DNA of 63,722 nt, filler included, from Octopus bimaculoides (Eukaryota): the NCBI RefSeq assembly GCF_001194135.2. It is 5 parts of 5 records of this genome, joined end to end, with 100 filler letters (N's around TTAATTAATTAA, not from the genome) between each part and the next. Parts side by side here need not be neighbours in the genome. Positions count along the whole stretch, not along the records: positions 1 to 9,205 come from NC_069003.1; positions 9,306 to 29,219 come from NC_068998.1; 3 more parts are not named here. The stretch is one strand, 5' to 3'. The notes under the pieces were generated by a model. The model saw only the letters and a list, made by a program, of their open reading frames with translations, searched no databases and was not told the DNA's origin. Shown in pieces: positions 1-11,219 of the stretch. The first letter of the stretch is position 1; each line of letters opens with the position of its first letter. The translations under genes and the position numbers were made by a program.

Positions 1-28
1 TATATATATATATATATATATATATATA

Positions 29-98
29 CGACGGGCTTCTTTCAGTTTCCATCCACAAAATCGACTCACAAGACTTTGGTCGGCCCGAGGCTATAGTA
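29..98 (-). mobile_element. 5' fragment of the abundant tRNA-derived SINE (family with internal microsatellite)
   Basis: gggcttctttcagtttcc...ctttggtcggcccgaggctatagta matches the copies at 12930-13000, 36770-36840 and 57460-57530. Confidence 0.75.
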
Positions 99-677
99 CC
101 AATATCGGTAAAAGGTAAATAAACAGCAAACAATCTTCTGACTGAATAAAAATCCATTATATGCATTAGAAGCAGTTATAAATTGAAACAGCGACCTGTG
201 AATTACACTTTATTTAAATACATCGCGAAAGGCAAATTTACTGTAGTATTTGTCTTGAGCATTCGTCAGAAATATATTTGCTGAAAGATATCCTTAAAGA
301 AACATATTCATAGAAAGTCGAATTTGTTGAAAGATAAATTGATCGAAGACATTGATCGAAGAAATGGCGGAATTTTACAAACAAATAAGTAAAAAAATAT
401 ATATAATTCAAATATTTATTCCCCCTTTATGCTAAAATTTGCATGTTGTTATAAGTAGAACTGTGCAAGATATAAATTCATAGCGTATGAGGTCTGGTTA
501 AGAAAATTATTTGTGGTAACCATAAAATATAAACAATCACGACACAAAATTGTTAGCGTCCTTCAGAAATAGATGCCAAATATACAATAATTGTCTGAGG
601 TCGACTGCTTCAAGTATTACTGCCCTTTGAATTGTATTATTCATGTGTCTATGTTAGAAATAGTTGTTACTGTTACT

Positions 678-958
678 GGTACTCCGTCGGTTTCAGTTGA
701 TCCGATTAACGGAAGAGCCTGTTTGTGAAATTACTCCACAGAAACGAGCGCCCTTAACGTTGTTCTCAGGGAAATTCAACATGACACAGAATGTGATAAA
801 GCTGTCCCTATGAAATACAGATGCTACTCATTTTTGCCAGCTGAGTGGACTGGAGCAACGTGAAGTAAAGTGTCTTGTTCAAGGACTCAAAGCGCCACCG
901 GGAATCGAACTCACGACCTTACGACTGTAAGCCGAACACTTTAACTAAGTCACATGCC
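678..958 (-). mobile_element. tRNA-derived SINE, family A (core gtccttgagcaagacactt...ctccagtccactcagctg, tail ending gacggagtac)
   Basis: Reverse-complement homolog of 1981-2300; B-box-like gagttcgattccc on the minus strand near 901-912. Confidence 0.75.
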
Positions 959-1980
959 ATCACTTAGTTTATTACTAGTGTAATAACATCGGTTGTCAAG
1001 CGATAGTAGGAAGACAAATACAGACACACACAGATATATATATNNNNNNNNNNNNNNNNNNNNNNNNNNNNNNNNNNNNNNNNNNNNNNNNNNNNNNNNN
1101 NNNNNNNNNNNNNNNNNNNNNNNNNNNNNNNNNNNNNNNNNNNNNNNNNNNNNNNNNNNNNNNNNNNNNNNNNNNNNNNNNNNNNNNNNNNNNNNNNNNN
1201 NNNNNNNNNNNNNNNNNNNNNNNNNNNNNNNNNNNNNNNNNNNNNNNNNNNNNNNNNNNNNNNNNNNNNNNNNNNNNNNNNNNNNNNNNNNNNNNNNNNN
1301 NNNNNNNNNNNNNNNNNNNNNNNNNNNNNNNNNNNNNNNNNNNNNNNNNNNNNNNNNNNNNNNNNNNNNNNNNNNNNNNNNNNNNNNNNNNNNNNNNNNN
1401 NNNNNNNNNNNNNNNNNNNNNNNNNNNNNNNNNNNNNNNNNNNNNNNNNNNNNNNNNNNNNNNNNNNNNNNNNNNNNNNNNNNNNNNNNNNNNNNNNNNN
1501 NNNNNNNNNNNNNNNNNNNNNNNNNNNNNNNNNNNNNNNNNNNNNNNNNNNNNNNNNNNNNNNNNNNNNNNNNNNNNNNNNNNNNNNNNNNNNNNNNNNN
1601 NNNNNNNNNNNNNNNNNNNNNNNNNNNNNNNNNNNNNNNNNNNNNNNNNNNNNNNNNNNNNNNNNNNNNNNNNNNNNNNNNNNNNNNNNNNNNNNNNNNN
1701 NNNNNNNNNNNNNNNNNNNNNNNNNNNNNNNNNNNNNNNNNNNNNNNNNNNNNNNNNNNNNNNNNNNNNNNNNNNNNNNNNNNNNNNNNNNNNNNNNNNN
1801 NNNNNNNNNNNNNNNNNNNNNNNNNNNNNNNNNNNNNNNNNNNNNNNNGCGCCTATATATTTCAGTTATAAAATAATTTCTTCTGATTATTTTAGAATTC
1901 CGATGTGTTCATTAATAAAATTCGATGTATTTCTGTTGATATTCATTCTCTTATACTTCAATACAGATAACCTGAAAGAA

Positions 1981-2300
1981 GGTGCGTGACTTAGTGATCA
2001 GAATATTCGGCTCACGATCATAAGGTCGTGAGTTCGAAAACCGGCGGCGCGTTGTATCCTCGAGCAAGACACTTTATTTCACGTTGCTCCAGTCCACTCA
2101 GCTGACAAAAATGAGTTGTACTTGTATTTGAAAGAGCCAACCTTGACACATTCTGTGTCACGCTGAATCTCCCTGACAATTACATCAAGGGTACGCGTGT
2201 CTCTGGAGTGCTCAGCCACATGCACGTTCATATCCCGACCAGGCTGTTCCGTTGATGGGATTAACTGGAACTTTTGTTGACGTAACCGACGGAGTGCTAC
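1981..2300 (+). mobile_element. tRNA-derived SINE, family A, near full length
   Basis: A-box-like tgacttagtga and B-box gagttcgaaaacc; 3' half (gtgtcacgctgaat...ggagtgctcagccac...gacggagtgc) is shared with the 6485-6875 SINE. Confidence 0.8.
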
Positions 2301-2865
2301 ATAACGTGAAAATAAATTTTAAAAATATATTGTTAAAAAAAGAGTTTCTATGAAGTTTAATTTTTCTTCAACAGATCCGCATTTTTCAACAAATACATCT
2401 TAAGAGCATTTAATGTCGATAAATTTCTTGTTCGCTCAATTTGTCTTAGGTCAATATGTTTTCCACAACTGTGTTTTCGATTAATATACCTCATCTCACA
2501 CGTATGCATGTGTGTCTGTGAGTGTGTGTATTATGCATACATCTATGTGTTTGTGCTGTCTATATTTACTAAGTTCTTCTTGTCGGGAGTCAGAGTGTGT
2601 GTAAATTGAATTGTTAAAAAAAATTTCCATTAAAATATTAAAATAAATTCTAAAGATTCGACCATACAATTCACGTTGAACAGTTTTGATGGCAACAAAA
2701 CTCCAATACGTATTGAATATATGTGTATGCGTCTGTGTGAGTGTGTGCTTCTATTGTCATGTCTTCTATTCCAATACAGTTCTTTGCATGTAAACGTAAA
2801 AATCATTACTAAACGCCTGGTATTCTCTTTTGTGATACTTCATGAATTGCCCCCACCCACCATCT

Positions 2866-3040
2866 ACTAGTATTTACTCGTGCATATGTAGTGCCATACA
2901 ATACTCGATTTTAACTGAAATAAAAAGCACGTGTGCGACGAATACACAAGAGGCTAAAATTACGAAGGGAAAATATTTTGTTCCAAAAGTTAACACCAAA
3001 TTAGGGGTGTGACTTACACGCGAACAAATTTGATAATTAC
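2866..3040. mobile_element. possible old pogo/Tc1-like MITE remnant
   Basis: Degenerate inverted ends (tagtatttactcgtgcat / acttacacgcgaacaaat) and a gggtgtgacttacacgcg motif reminiscent of pogo-type subterminal repeats. Confidence 0.3.
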
Positions 3041-3374
3041 TACCATAGTTAAGTGTTCATCCGACTAAATCATATCTCATAAATAAGTATAAGCAGTGTC
3101 CGTGGAAAGTCTATGGTTATTTTGAAAAAAACCATGAGGTTATTTAAAGGTTGTAGAGAACAAAGAGATGAAGCATTTCATACTTAAGGCTAAGCGAAGT
3201 CTACATAGGTCCTGCTGAAAGTGCAATCCAAATTGATAGACCTTTGAAAACGTTATCCTTTGTTATACACTTGTCAAATCATCTCCCTTAGGAGTTGTAA
3301 CATATTATTTTTTTCATTTTTACGTCAAGAAATAAAGAGACTTAACTATAAAACGAAATCGAAGATATTATCTA

Positions 3375-3564
3375 TATTCTTTTCTACTCTAGGCACAAGG
3401 CCTAGAATAAAAATTAAGTACACAACTGGTACTTAATTTATCAACCTCGGAAGAATGAAAGGCAAAGTCGACCTCGGCGGAATTTGAACTCAGAACATAA
3501 AGACAGACGAAATATCGCGAAGCATTTCGCCCAGCGCGCTGGCCTTTCTGCCAACTCACCGCCT
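3375..3564 (-). mobile_element. SINE of the (ATT)n-tailed family
   Basis: gaatgaaaggcaaagtcgacctcggcggaatttgaactcagaac recurs in more than 12 places in the window. Confidence 0.8.
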
Positions 3565-4540
3565 GACATTATCAATATCACCTGCTTCGGTATGACTACG
3601 TTGGTAATTTTTTAACAAATCGTCATACGTTATTTTCATNNNNNNNNNNNNNNNNNNNNNNNNNNNNNNNNNNNNNNNNNNNNNNNNNNNNNNNNNNNNN
3701 NNNNNNNNNNNNNNNNNNNNNNNNNNNNNNNNNNNNNNNNNNNNNNNNNNNNNNNNNNNNNNNNNNNNNNNNNNNNNNNNNNNNNNNNNNNNNNNNNNNN
3801 NNNNNNNNNNNNNNNNNNNNNNNNNNNNNNNNNNNNNNNNNNNNNNNNNNNNNNNNNNNNNNNNNNNNNNNNNNNNNNNNNNNNNNNNNNNNNNNNNNNN
3901 NNNNNNNNNNNNNNNNNNNNNNNNNNNNNNNNNNNNNNNNNNNNNNNNNNNNNNNNNNNNNNNNNNNNNNNNNNNNNNNNNNNNNNNNNNNNNNNNNNNN
4001 NNNNNNNNNNNNNNNNNNNNNNNNNNNNNNNNNNNNNNNNNNNNNNNNNNNNNNNNNNNNNNNNNNNNNNNNNNNNNNNNNNNNNNNNNNNNNNNNNNNN
4101 NNNNNNNNNNNNNNNNNNNNNNNNNNNNNNNNNNNNNNNNNNNNNNNNNNNNNNNNNNNNNNNNNNNNNNNNNNNNNNNNNNNNNNNNNNNNNNNNNNNN
4201 NNNNNNNNNNNNNNNNNNNNNNNNNNNNNNNNNNNNNNNNNNNNNNNNNNNNNNNNNNNNNNNNNNNNNNNNNNNNNNNNNNNNNNNNNNNNNNNNNNNN
4301 NNNNNNNNNNNNNNNNNNNNNNNNNNNNNNNNNNNNNNNNNNNNNNNNNNNNNNNNNNNNNNNNNNNNNNNNNNNNNNNNNNNNNNNNNNNNNNNNNNNN
4401 NNNNNNNNNNNNNNNNNNNNNNNNNNNNNNNNNNNNNNNNNNNNNNNNNNNNNNNNNNNNNNNNNNNNNNNNNNNNNNNNNNNNNNNNNNNNNNNNNNNN
4501 NNNNNNNNNNNNNNNNNNNNNNNNNNNNNNNNNNNNNNNN

Positions 4541-4843
4541 TGTTTATTGAGCGAAAACACCTAAAGATCCACGAGGCTCTGGCAGGGGATGGTGGCGAAC
4601 CCTGCTGTACTCTTTCACCACAACTTTCTCTCACTCTTTCTTTCTGTTTCTGTTGTGCCTGTAATTCAAAGGGTCAGCCTTGTCACATCGTGTCACGCTG
4701 AATATCCCCGAGAACTACGTAAGGGGTACACGTGTCTGTGGAGTGCTCAGCCACTTGCACGTTAATTTCACGAGCAGGCTGTTCCGTTGATCGGATCAAC
4801 TGGAACCCTCGTCGTCGTCGTCGTCGTAAGCGACGGAGTGCTA
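4541..4843 (+). mobile_element. young tRNA-derived SINE, family B (5' end lost in gap)
   Basis: Nearly identical to 6571-6866; carries a (CGT)n expansion just before the 3' stem-loop cgtcg-taag-cgacg. Confidence 0.85.
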
Positions 4844-5386
4844 AGAGAGTGGTGCTGTTGTTTATGCTCCGTAACTTAGCGGTTCGACAATTACCGTTAA
4901 GTGAAAGAAGTATCAGGCTTAAAATTAAGAAATGGCATCGGCATGATCGACTAAACCCTTGAAGGCGTTGGTTCCAACACAACCGCAGCAAAGATGATGA
5001 TGACAACGATGACAGAGATGGAGACGACGACGACGACGATGACGATAGGGATCACGATGATGACGGACGATGATGACCATGATGCTGACGATCTGGACGA
5101 TGACGTCAACAATAACGATGATGATGATGATGATGATGACACCGCTGTTTCGTATATTATTTCTTTCTTTCTTCACCTTTCCTTTCTCAATCTAACTGTA
5201 TAATCCCTCTCTCTCTCTCTCACACACACACACACATGCACACACCATGTAGAGGAGTACTGAATAATTTCGCATAATTGCATTTAACACATAGGTGTTA
5301 TATGTTCATATATGAATGATTACATCACACCGGCGTGACAGAAATTAACCGGAAACTACTCTCTCTCTCTTTCGATCTGTCCCTCA

Positions 5387-5455
<69 letters not shown>

Positions 5456-5652
5456 GTATTTTATTTGTTCCAGCTAAACGATTGTCATCATGCTGGAGCA
5501 CCACCAGGATACCTGTATACATACACACAGAAACACATACATACAAATATAGAAATTGTGTGTGTGTGTATATCTATCTATCTATCTATCTATCTATATA
5601 AATATATATATATATGACTGTATGATTATATGTGTGTGTATAGATGCGTGCA

Positions 5653-5691
<39 letters not shown>

Positions 5692-6301
5692 TCGAATGCA
5701 TTCCTACAGGTGCNNNNNNNNNNNNNNNNNNNNNNNNNNNNNNNNNNNNNNNNNNNNNNNNNNNNNNNNNNNNNNNNNNNNNNNNNNNNNNNNNNNNNNN
5801 NNNNNNNNNNNNNNNNNNNNNNGTGTGTATTTCTGCGCGTATGCGAGTCTGTAAGTATGTGGATGTGTGTGTATGTGTTTGTGTGTGTGTGTGTTTTTGT
5901 GTGTACCTGTTTGTGTGTGTGGGGGGGGGGGTGCATGTGCGTATCGCTCACAACGCTGTATTCCCAAAATTCGAGCAACTTTGACCAAAAAAATACTTCT
6001 TTAAATAAATTCTGCCCGTTTTCGAGTGGCTACTTGATGCGAAAGACCAAACAACTTTGCCACTACACATATTTTTAGTCAATGAGTGGATGAGGTGAGG
6101 GTTGTAACAGTGACGATAATACTGGACAGACCAGTAAAACAACGCCGGGACATAACTGTATATATATTGGTCGGTTTCTCTATTTCGTCATCATTCACTG
6201 ATCGCTTGACCAACTGCCGAGAGGTAAGACTTAAGATATTCTGGAATATCTTTCATTTTTCATTTGCTACTTTTCAATCACCTGCCCTGAAGAGTTTAGT
6301 C

Positions 6302-7046
6302 CAGTGGTTTCTGAACTGGGGTCTATATGGCCTCTGAGGGTCCATATAAGATTTCTTGGGGTCCGCGTGACAAAATAGTAAATCAGGGATCCTCAATAGT
6401 ATTTTAAGGGCCCCTGAAGAAAATTTTGCTCTAGATGTATGTATTGGTATGTATTGCAAGAAACAGCTAGGTTTCTTTCTCTAACAGTGGAGGTGCAATG
6501 GCCCAGTGGTTAGGGCAGCGGACTCGCGATCATAGGATCGCGGTTTCGATTCCCATATCGGGCGTTGTGAGTGTTTATTGAGCGAAAACATCTAAAGCTC
6601 CACGAGGCTCTGGCAGGGGATGGTGGCGAACCCTGCTGTACTCTTTCACCACAACTTTCTCTCACTCTTACTTCCTGTTTCTGTTGTGCCTGTAATTCAA
6701 AGGGTCAGCCTTGTCACACACTGTGTCACGCTGAATATCCCCGAGAACTACGTTAAGGGTACACGCGTCTGTGGAGTGCTCAGCCACTTGCACGTTAATT
6801 TCACGGGCAGGCTGTTCCGTTGATCGGATCAACTGGAACCCTCGACGTCGTAAGCGACGGACTGCCAACAACAACTCTTTCTCTAAAACTTTACATAGTT
6901 CAACCTACACAAATTAATGTGTGAAGAACAAAATAGGGAATTTTAAAGAAATTTCTATAAAGTTTATTGAATGACCACAGGGGTCCTCCAGAATAAAATA
7001 GTAATCAAAGGGGTCGATAAGTTTTAAAAATGGTTGAGAACCCCTT
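6302..7046. mobile_element. hAT (Charlie-like) MITE with a nested SINE
   Basis: Termini cagtggtttctgaac / ggttgagaacccctt; 8-bp TSD gtttagtc (6294-6301) / gtttagtt (7047-7054). Confidence 0.75.
6485..6875 (+). mobile_element. full-length tRNA-derived SINE, family B
   Basis: A box tggcccagtgg, B-box-like gtttcgattccc, 3' stem-loop and (CAA)n tail; 11-bp TSD tctttctctaa at 6474-6484 and 6876-6886. Confidence 0.9.
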
Positions 7047-7483
7047 GTTTAGTTGAACAAAACAACCTCAATACTTTGTTTTTTATTTTTAATTTCTCAG
7101 CCTGATACTGAACCGCTGAGCTACTTGAGACGTAAACCAAGCAACACCGGTTGTGAAGCGGTGGTAGGGGAAAAACACAAACACAAGGGCACATGCACAT
7201 GCATACATACATATACACACGCACACACGCGCACACACACACACACACATCTTTTACCTTCAAACTTTTATCCTTTGCCTGTTCCAATAGACTGCGGCCA
7301 CGCTAGGGCACCACCTTGAAGAATTTTAGTTGAATGAATTGATCCCCAGAACATTTTTTAAAGTCTAGTACATATACTGTCAATTTTTTTTGCTGAAACG
7401 CTAAATTACGAGAACATAAATGCACCAACACCGGTTATCAAGTGGTGAGGGTGGTTAAACACAGACACAAAGACAAAGACACT

Positions 7484-8131
7484 TGTGGGATTATGTTGAA
7501 CAGCTGCTCTCACGTGTAGGACAGATCTGTCTGTTGGCCGGGTCTGTAGTAATGATCGAACCGCCTCCCTCCTTCAACCAGGCAGGCAAGGCAGTTTTCT
7601 TTTGCCTGGTGGCTGTGACGAAAGAATTTGTTTGGTGGACAAGGCTGAAAGGCTTGAGGGCAGATACAGTCTTCTTTGGTAGAGCTCTTATTGATTTTTT
7701 CTCAAGTTTCACTTGAAAAGGAAATTGAGAGCAGAGAGTGAAGTGCTGTTCTCGAGTGGGTTTATTGAAAAGTGAGTGAAGGTTGCGAAAATGGTAAAAG
7801 TGGATGATACCTCTCTAAGTGTAGACTTGTGAGTCGGAGAGAAGGAATTTAAGAGGGCACTTGTTCCTAGGGGTTCAGGGAAATCTCGGATAGTGGGGTT
7901 CTTCGGTTATCCCTAGAGGGGTTCCTGTATCAAGAGGGCCACATCTCTATCATCCTCCACCCCTTCTTTTCTTTTACCTTTGTATGCTAAGCATATGTCC
8001 CTTTCTTTTCTAGTGTATACCGTGTATACTTCTTTTTATATCACTTCATTATCATATATAAACCCCCCACACTTTATGTCTGTCTCTGTGTTGTCTCCCT
8101 CATCCTTCACCCTTGTGGCAAATAAATGAAA

Positions 8132-8133
<2 letters not shown>
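7484..8133 (+). mobile_element. 5'-truncated Tx1/L1-clade LINE (ORF2 C-terminus and 3' UTR)
   Basis: WDYVEQLLSRVG...KEFVWWTRLKGL is homologous to 37232-37648, which carries a C-terminal Zn motif; ends ccttgtggcaaataaatgaaatc followed by (ATT)n. Confidence 0.7.
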
Positions 8134-8169
<36 letters not shown>

Positions 8170-8576
8170 TGTCAGCTGTTCACTACCAGTGAACTAAGGT
8201 AACACCTCTTATTTTTCGAGCACCTTCTTGAGTATTCGAGCGGTTCCAAACAGTACTGTTTTCTGCAAGTGCTCCACCCTTATTGCAGCCCCTATTTGTT
8301 CCACGTACTTCTCGAGATTTTTGCTCACTGTTCCCAAGGGCTCCTACAATTATTGGTACTACTGCTACCTTTTTCATCGACCACAACTGCTTAACTTCCC
8401 AAGCTAACCTATCATATCTCTCGACTTTTTTTTCTTCCTTATCGCATACCTTGTTGTCCATGATCCAGCATAGTTAGTTTTCTTTCTCAATTAAGACTAT
8501 TCCTATTCTCAATTTCATGGTCGCACTGAATCATAAAATCACATAAGATCTTTACATTTCTTTTTTCGACAATGCC
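8170..8576 (-). mobile_element. R4/Dong/NeSL-type (RLE) non-LTR retrotransposon 3' fragment
   Basis: VKILCDFMIQCDHEIENR...EEKKVERYDRLAWEVKQLWSMKKVAVVPIIVGALG, then after a frameshift LQKTVLFGTARILKKVLEK*; restriction-like endonuclease C-terminus; (TAA)n on both sides. Confidence 0.85.
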
Positions 8577-8610
<34 letters not shown>

Positions 8611-9079
8611 CATTAGTATTATTAATATCATTATTAAATGGCACCGAGGTTAACTTGCCTTTCATCCTTTCGAGGTTGATAAATTGAATACTAGTTGAGT
8701 ATTGGGGTCGATGTAATCGACTTAACCCGTCTCCCAAAACTTCAGTCCTTGTGCCTTTAGTAGAAAGGATTATTATTATTTGTTTACGAGAAACGTTTTG
8801 AATATGCAAATAAAGCTCCTATTCCATTATGTCGGCTACAATCTAATGATACTGAGTGCTGAACCAGTTTGTTGGGGTTGCACCGAGCTGTACCGATGTA
8901 ATGTAGAATAAATATAGTAATAATATGGCTGGTTGTTGACAAATTTTTCCATTTTGTAAGGGTAATTTACCCAATATTTCTGCTGTTCTAATGGCGTTTC
9001 TGCGTTTGAAAACAAATTGTCATATTTTTATCTTACAATACATATTTCAACGCTTATAAAAAACAAATGTTAGTTCGGT

Positions 9080-9111
<32 letters not shown>

Positions 9112-9166
9112 TACACTCTTTCTGACACACACACATACACGCACACACACACACACACATACATAC

Positions 9167-9205
<39 letters not shown>

Positions 9206-9249
9206 NNNNNNNNNNNNNNNNNNNNNNNNNNNNNNNNNNNNNNNNNNNN

Positions 9250-9261
9250 TTAATTAATTAA
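9250..9261. other. assembly gap linker TTAATTAATTAA (also 29264-29275, 40030-40041, 51425-51436)
   Basis: 12-mer with stops in all six frames, centred in 100-nt N blocks. Confidence 0.9.
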
Positions 9262-9305
9262 NNNNNNNNNNNNNNNNNNNNNNNNNNNNNNNNNNNNNNN
9301 NNNNN

Positions 9306-9625
9306 CTTCCGCCGCGTACTCATCCACCTGTTCTCCCCCCCCATCTAATAGTTCCTAGTTTAACGAAGGCAGCGTAATCGCTCTCCGTATACGCTTCTCT
9401 CAATCTCCATTCGATGTTCTCCGCACTTAGCCTCTCTTCCTCGTCCATTTCTAAATACAGGGTCAGGGCGCTCCCTTCCAAGTATAGCGTCATGAGACTC
9501 GCCACATCACTTATTCCTTGCAGCTTAGCAACGAGCCTAATTTTTCGCATCCAAGCCATCACATCTCCTTCACCATTAAAAGCCCTGATCACATCGTTGG
9601 CGATTCTAATCTTGGCTGCCATCAC
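9306..9625 (-). pseudogene. Gypsy-like LTR retrotransposon gag N-terminus (runs into gap)
   Basis: ORF MAAKIRIANDVIRAFNGEGDVMAWMRKIRLVAKLQ...LYLEGSALTLYLEM starts ~30 nt downstream of an LTR; gag assignment is from recognition of the sequence type, not a search. Confidence 0.7.
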
Positions 9626-9657
9626 GGCGAATTTCTACACGTGAGGCCGAAATAGCT

Positions 9658-9945
9658 TGTGGTGTATGCGTGCGAGTAGATGTAATCGCCTTACCTCAGT
9701 TTTCCTGTCGTCGACTGCGAGTCTGTCTTGCGGTATCCAATCCTTGAAGCTTGCCCCGACCCAAAGAACACTAGGAATAGCAGCTGCTTCTCCCAAACCT
9801 AGGCCCTCGCTTGGCACATCCTCTCCTGACCACGACCCCGTTTGGAAAGGGCACGAATCTCGATTGAGGCTCCCTCTGCTCTTTTTTCTCTTCCTGTCAA
9901 CTCGCCCTTCCGGTCAGCCTCCCCATACACTGACGTCATACCACA
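9658..9945 (-). mobile_element. 5' LTR (288 bp) of the Gypsy-like element
   Basis: TG...CA ends with a 6-bp terminal inverted repeat TGTGGT/ACCACA, directly upstream of the gag-like ORF. Confidence 0.7.
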
Positions 9946-10251
9946 TATATAAACAATAAATTAACAAAGAGATTCAATTGACAATTATTGTTTGTAATTT
10001 GCATTATACCCATACTTATGTGATATTCAACTGACGTACCAGTGAATTGGATGTTTTACACACCCCTTTCAAAGAATTCTTTTCCTTGGTTTGTTACTTT
10101 ATATATATATATATATATATTGTTACTTTATATATACTGTAGCTTTTAGCCCCAGGAGAACATCTCCTCCAGCTGGTTATTGACACACTTTCTGTGCCCT
10201 ATCGGTATTTGCAAAGGGAAGTTATCCTTCCCATCGTCGATCTGACATGAT

Positions 10252-10296
10252 ACACACGGACCCGGGTTTCTGGATATTTACCCTTTGTCAGCGTAC
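10252..10296 (-). ncRNA. type-I hammerhead motif, probably inactive (G8>A)
   Basis: Minus strand gtacg CTGACAA agggtaaatatcca GAAA cccggg TC cgtgt; perfect palindrome ACCCGGGT in stem III. Confidence 0.65.
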
Positions 10297-10971
10297 GACA
10301 ATCACCGATCTTCGATGCGAAAGGCTCCCAATGCAAATACATATATCCTTTTTGCAGTGAGGAAAATTCACTGATCTCGAAAAACTGTAAACAAGCAATA
10401 ATAAATCTCTGAATGAGGTATAAACAGTAGCTGCATGACAACGTGAAGTATATTTGCCACTTTTTGCACAAAAAAATAGTCTTTCCTTTAACGGGAAAAC
10501 AGTTCACAACAATTAATTTTTCCTTTAACGGGAAAACAGTTCAAAAATATTTCTCTCCTCACAAAAGGAGCACAGTTGAAAAAACAATATTTCCAACCTG
10601 CAGGGCGAAAATAAACGTAAAGCACAACATTCAAAGTTCAATGTTCAATGAAATTCAACAACAAACCATCAATGTAAGATCAACAATAGAAAAAACAGTT
10701 TAACTCACTAAACATAGCAGGAGAATAATGACACAGATGAGTGACGAGCACCGGTTGGCGATGTGAAGTGGTTCTCAATGCAAATATATATATCCTTTTT
10801 CCAGTGATGAAAAGTCGCTGATCTCGAAAAAGTGTAAACAAACAATGATAAATCTCTGAATGAGGTATATTGCTTATTTACTCTTTTTCGAGATCAGCGA
10901 CTTTTCATCACTGAAAAAAGGATATATATATTTGCATTGGGAACCACTTTACATCGCCAACCAGTGATTGT

Positions 10972-11016
10972 CACACGCTGATGATGGGGCAATACCAAGA
11001 AACTCGGGTCCGTGTG
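10972..11016 (+). ncRNA. type-I hammerhead motif (stem II distorted)
   Basis: cacacg CTGATGA tggggcaataccaa GAAA ctcggg TC cgtgtg; stem I is a perfect 6 bp; predicted cleavage after C11010. Confidence 0.7.
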
Positions 11017-11181
11017 TATCATGTCAGGTTGGAGATGGGAAGGATGGCTTCCTTTGCAGATACTGAAAGGGCACAGAAAGTGTGTCAATAACCAGCTGGA
11101 GGAGGTGTCTTCCTGGGGCTACAAGCTACAGCAGCATCCACCCTTAAGAGTTAGCCACATTTAAGTGGCAAATATACTGCA

Positions 11182-11214
<33 letters not shown>

Positions 11215-11219
<5 letters not shown>

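Larger units (their letters stand above)
10135..11185. mobile_element. hammerhead-bearing repeat (retrozyme / Penelope pLTR-like) in direct plus inverted arrangement
   Basis: 10135-10462 (minus sense) and 10870-11185 (plus sense) are inverted homologs; inner ~80-bp arms at 10753-10832 / 10883-10962; a third copy at 12392-12660. Confidence 0.8.

Noticed and set aside
6485-6565. tRNA gene
   Set aside because: The A/B boxes belong to a SINE head with body, tail and TSD; no complete cloverleaf acceptor stem
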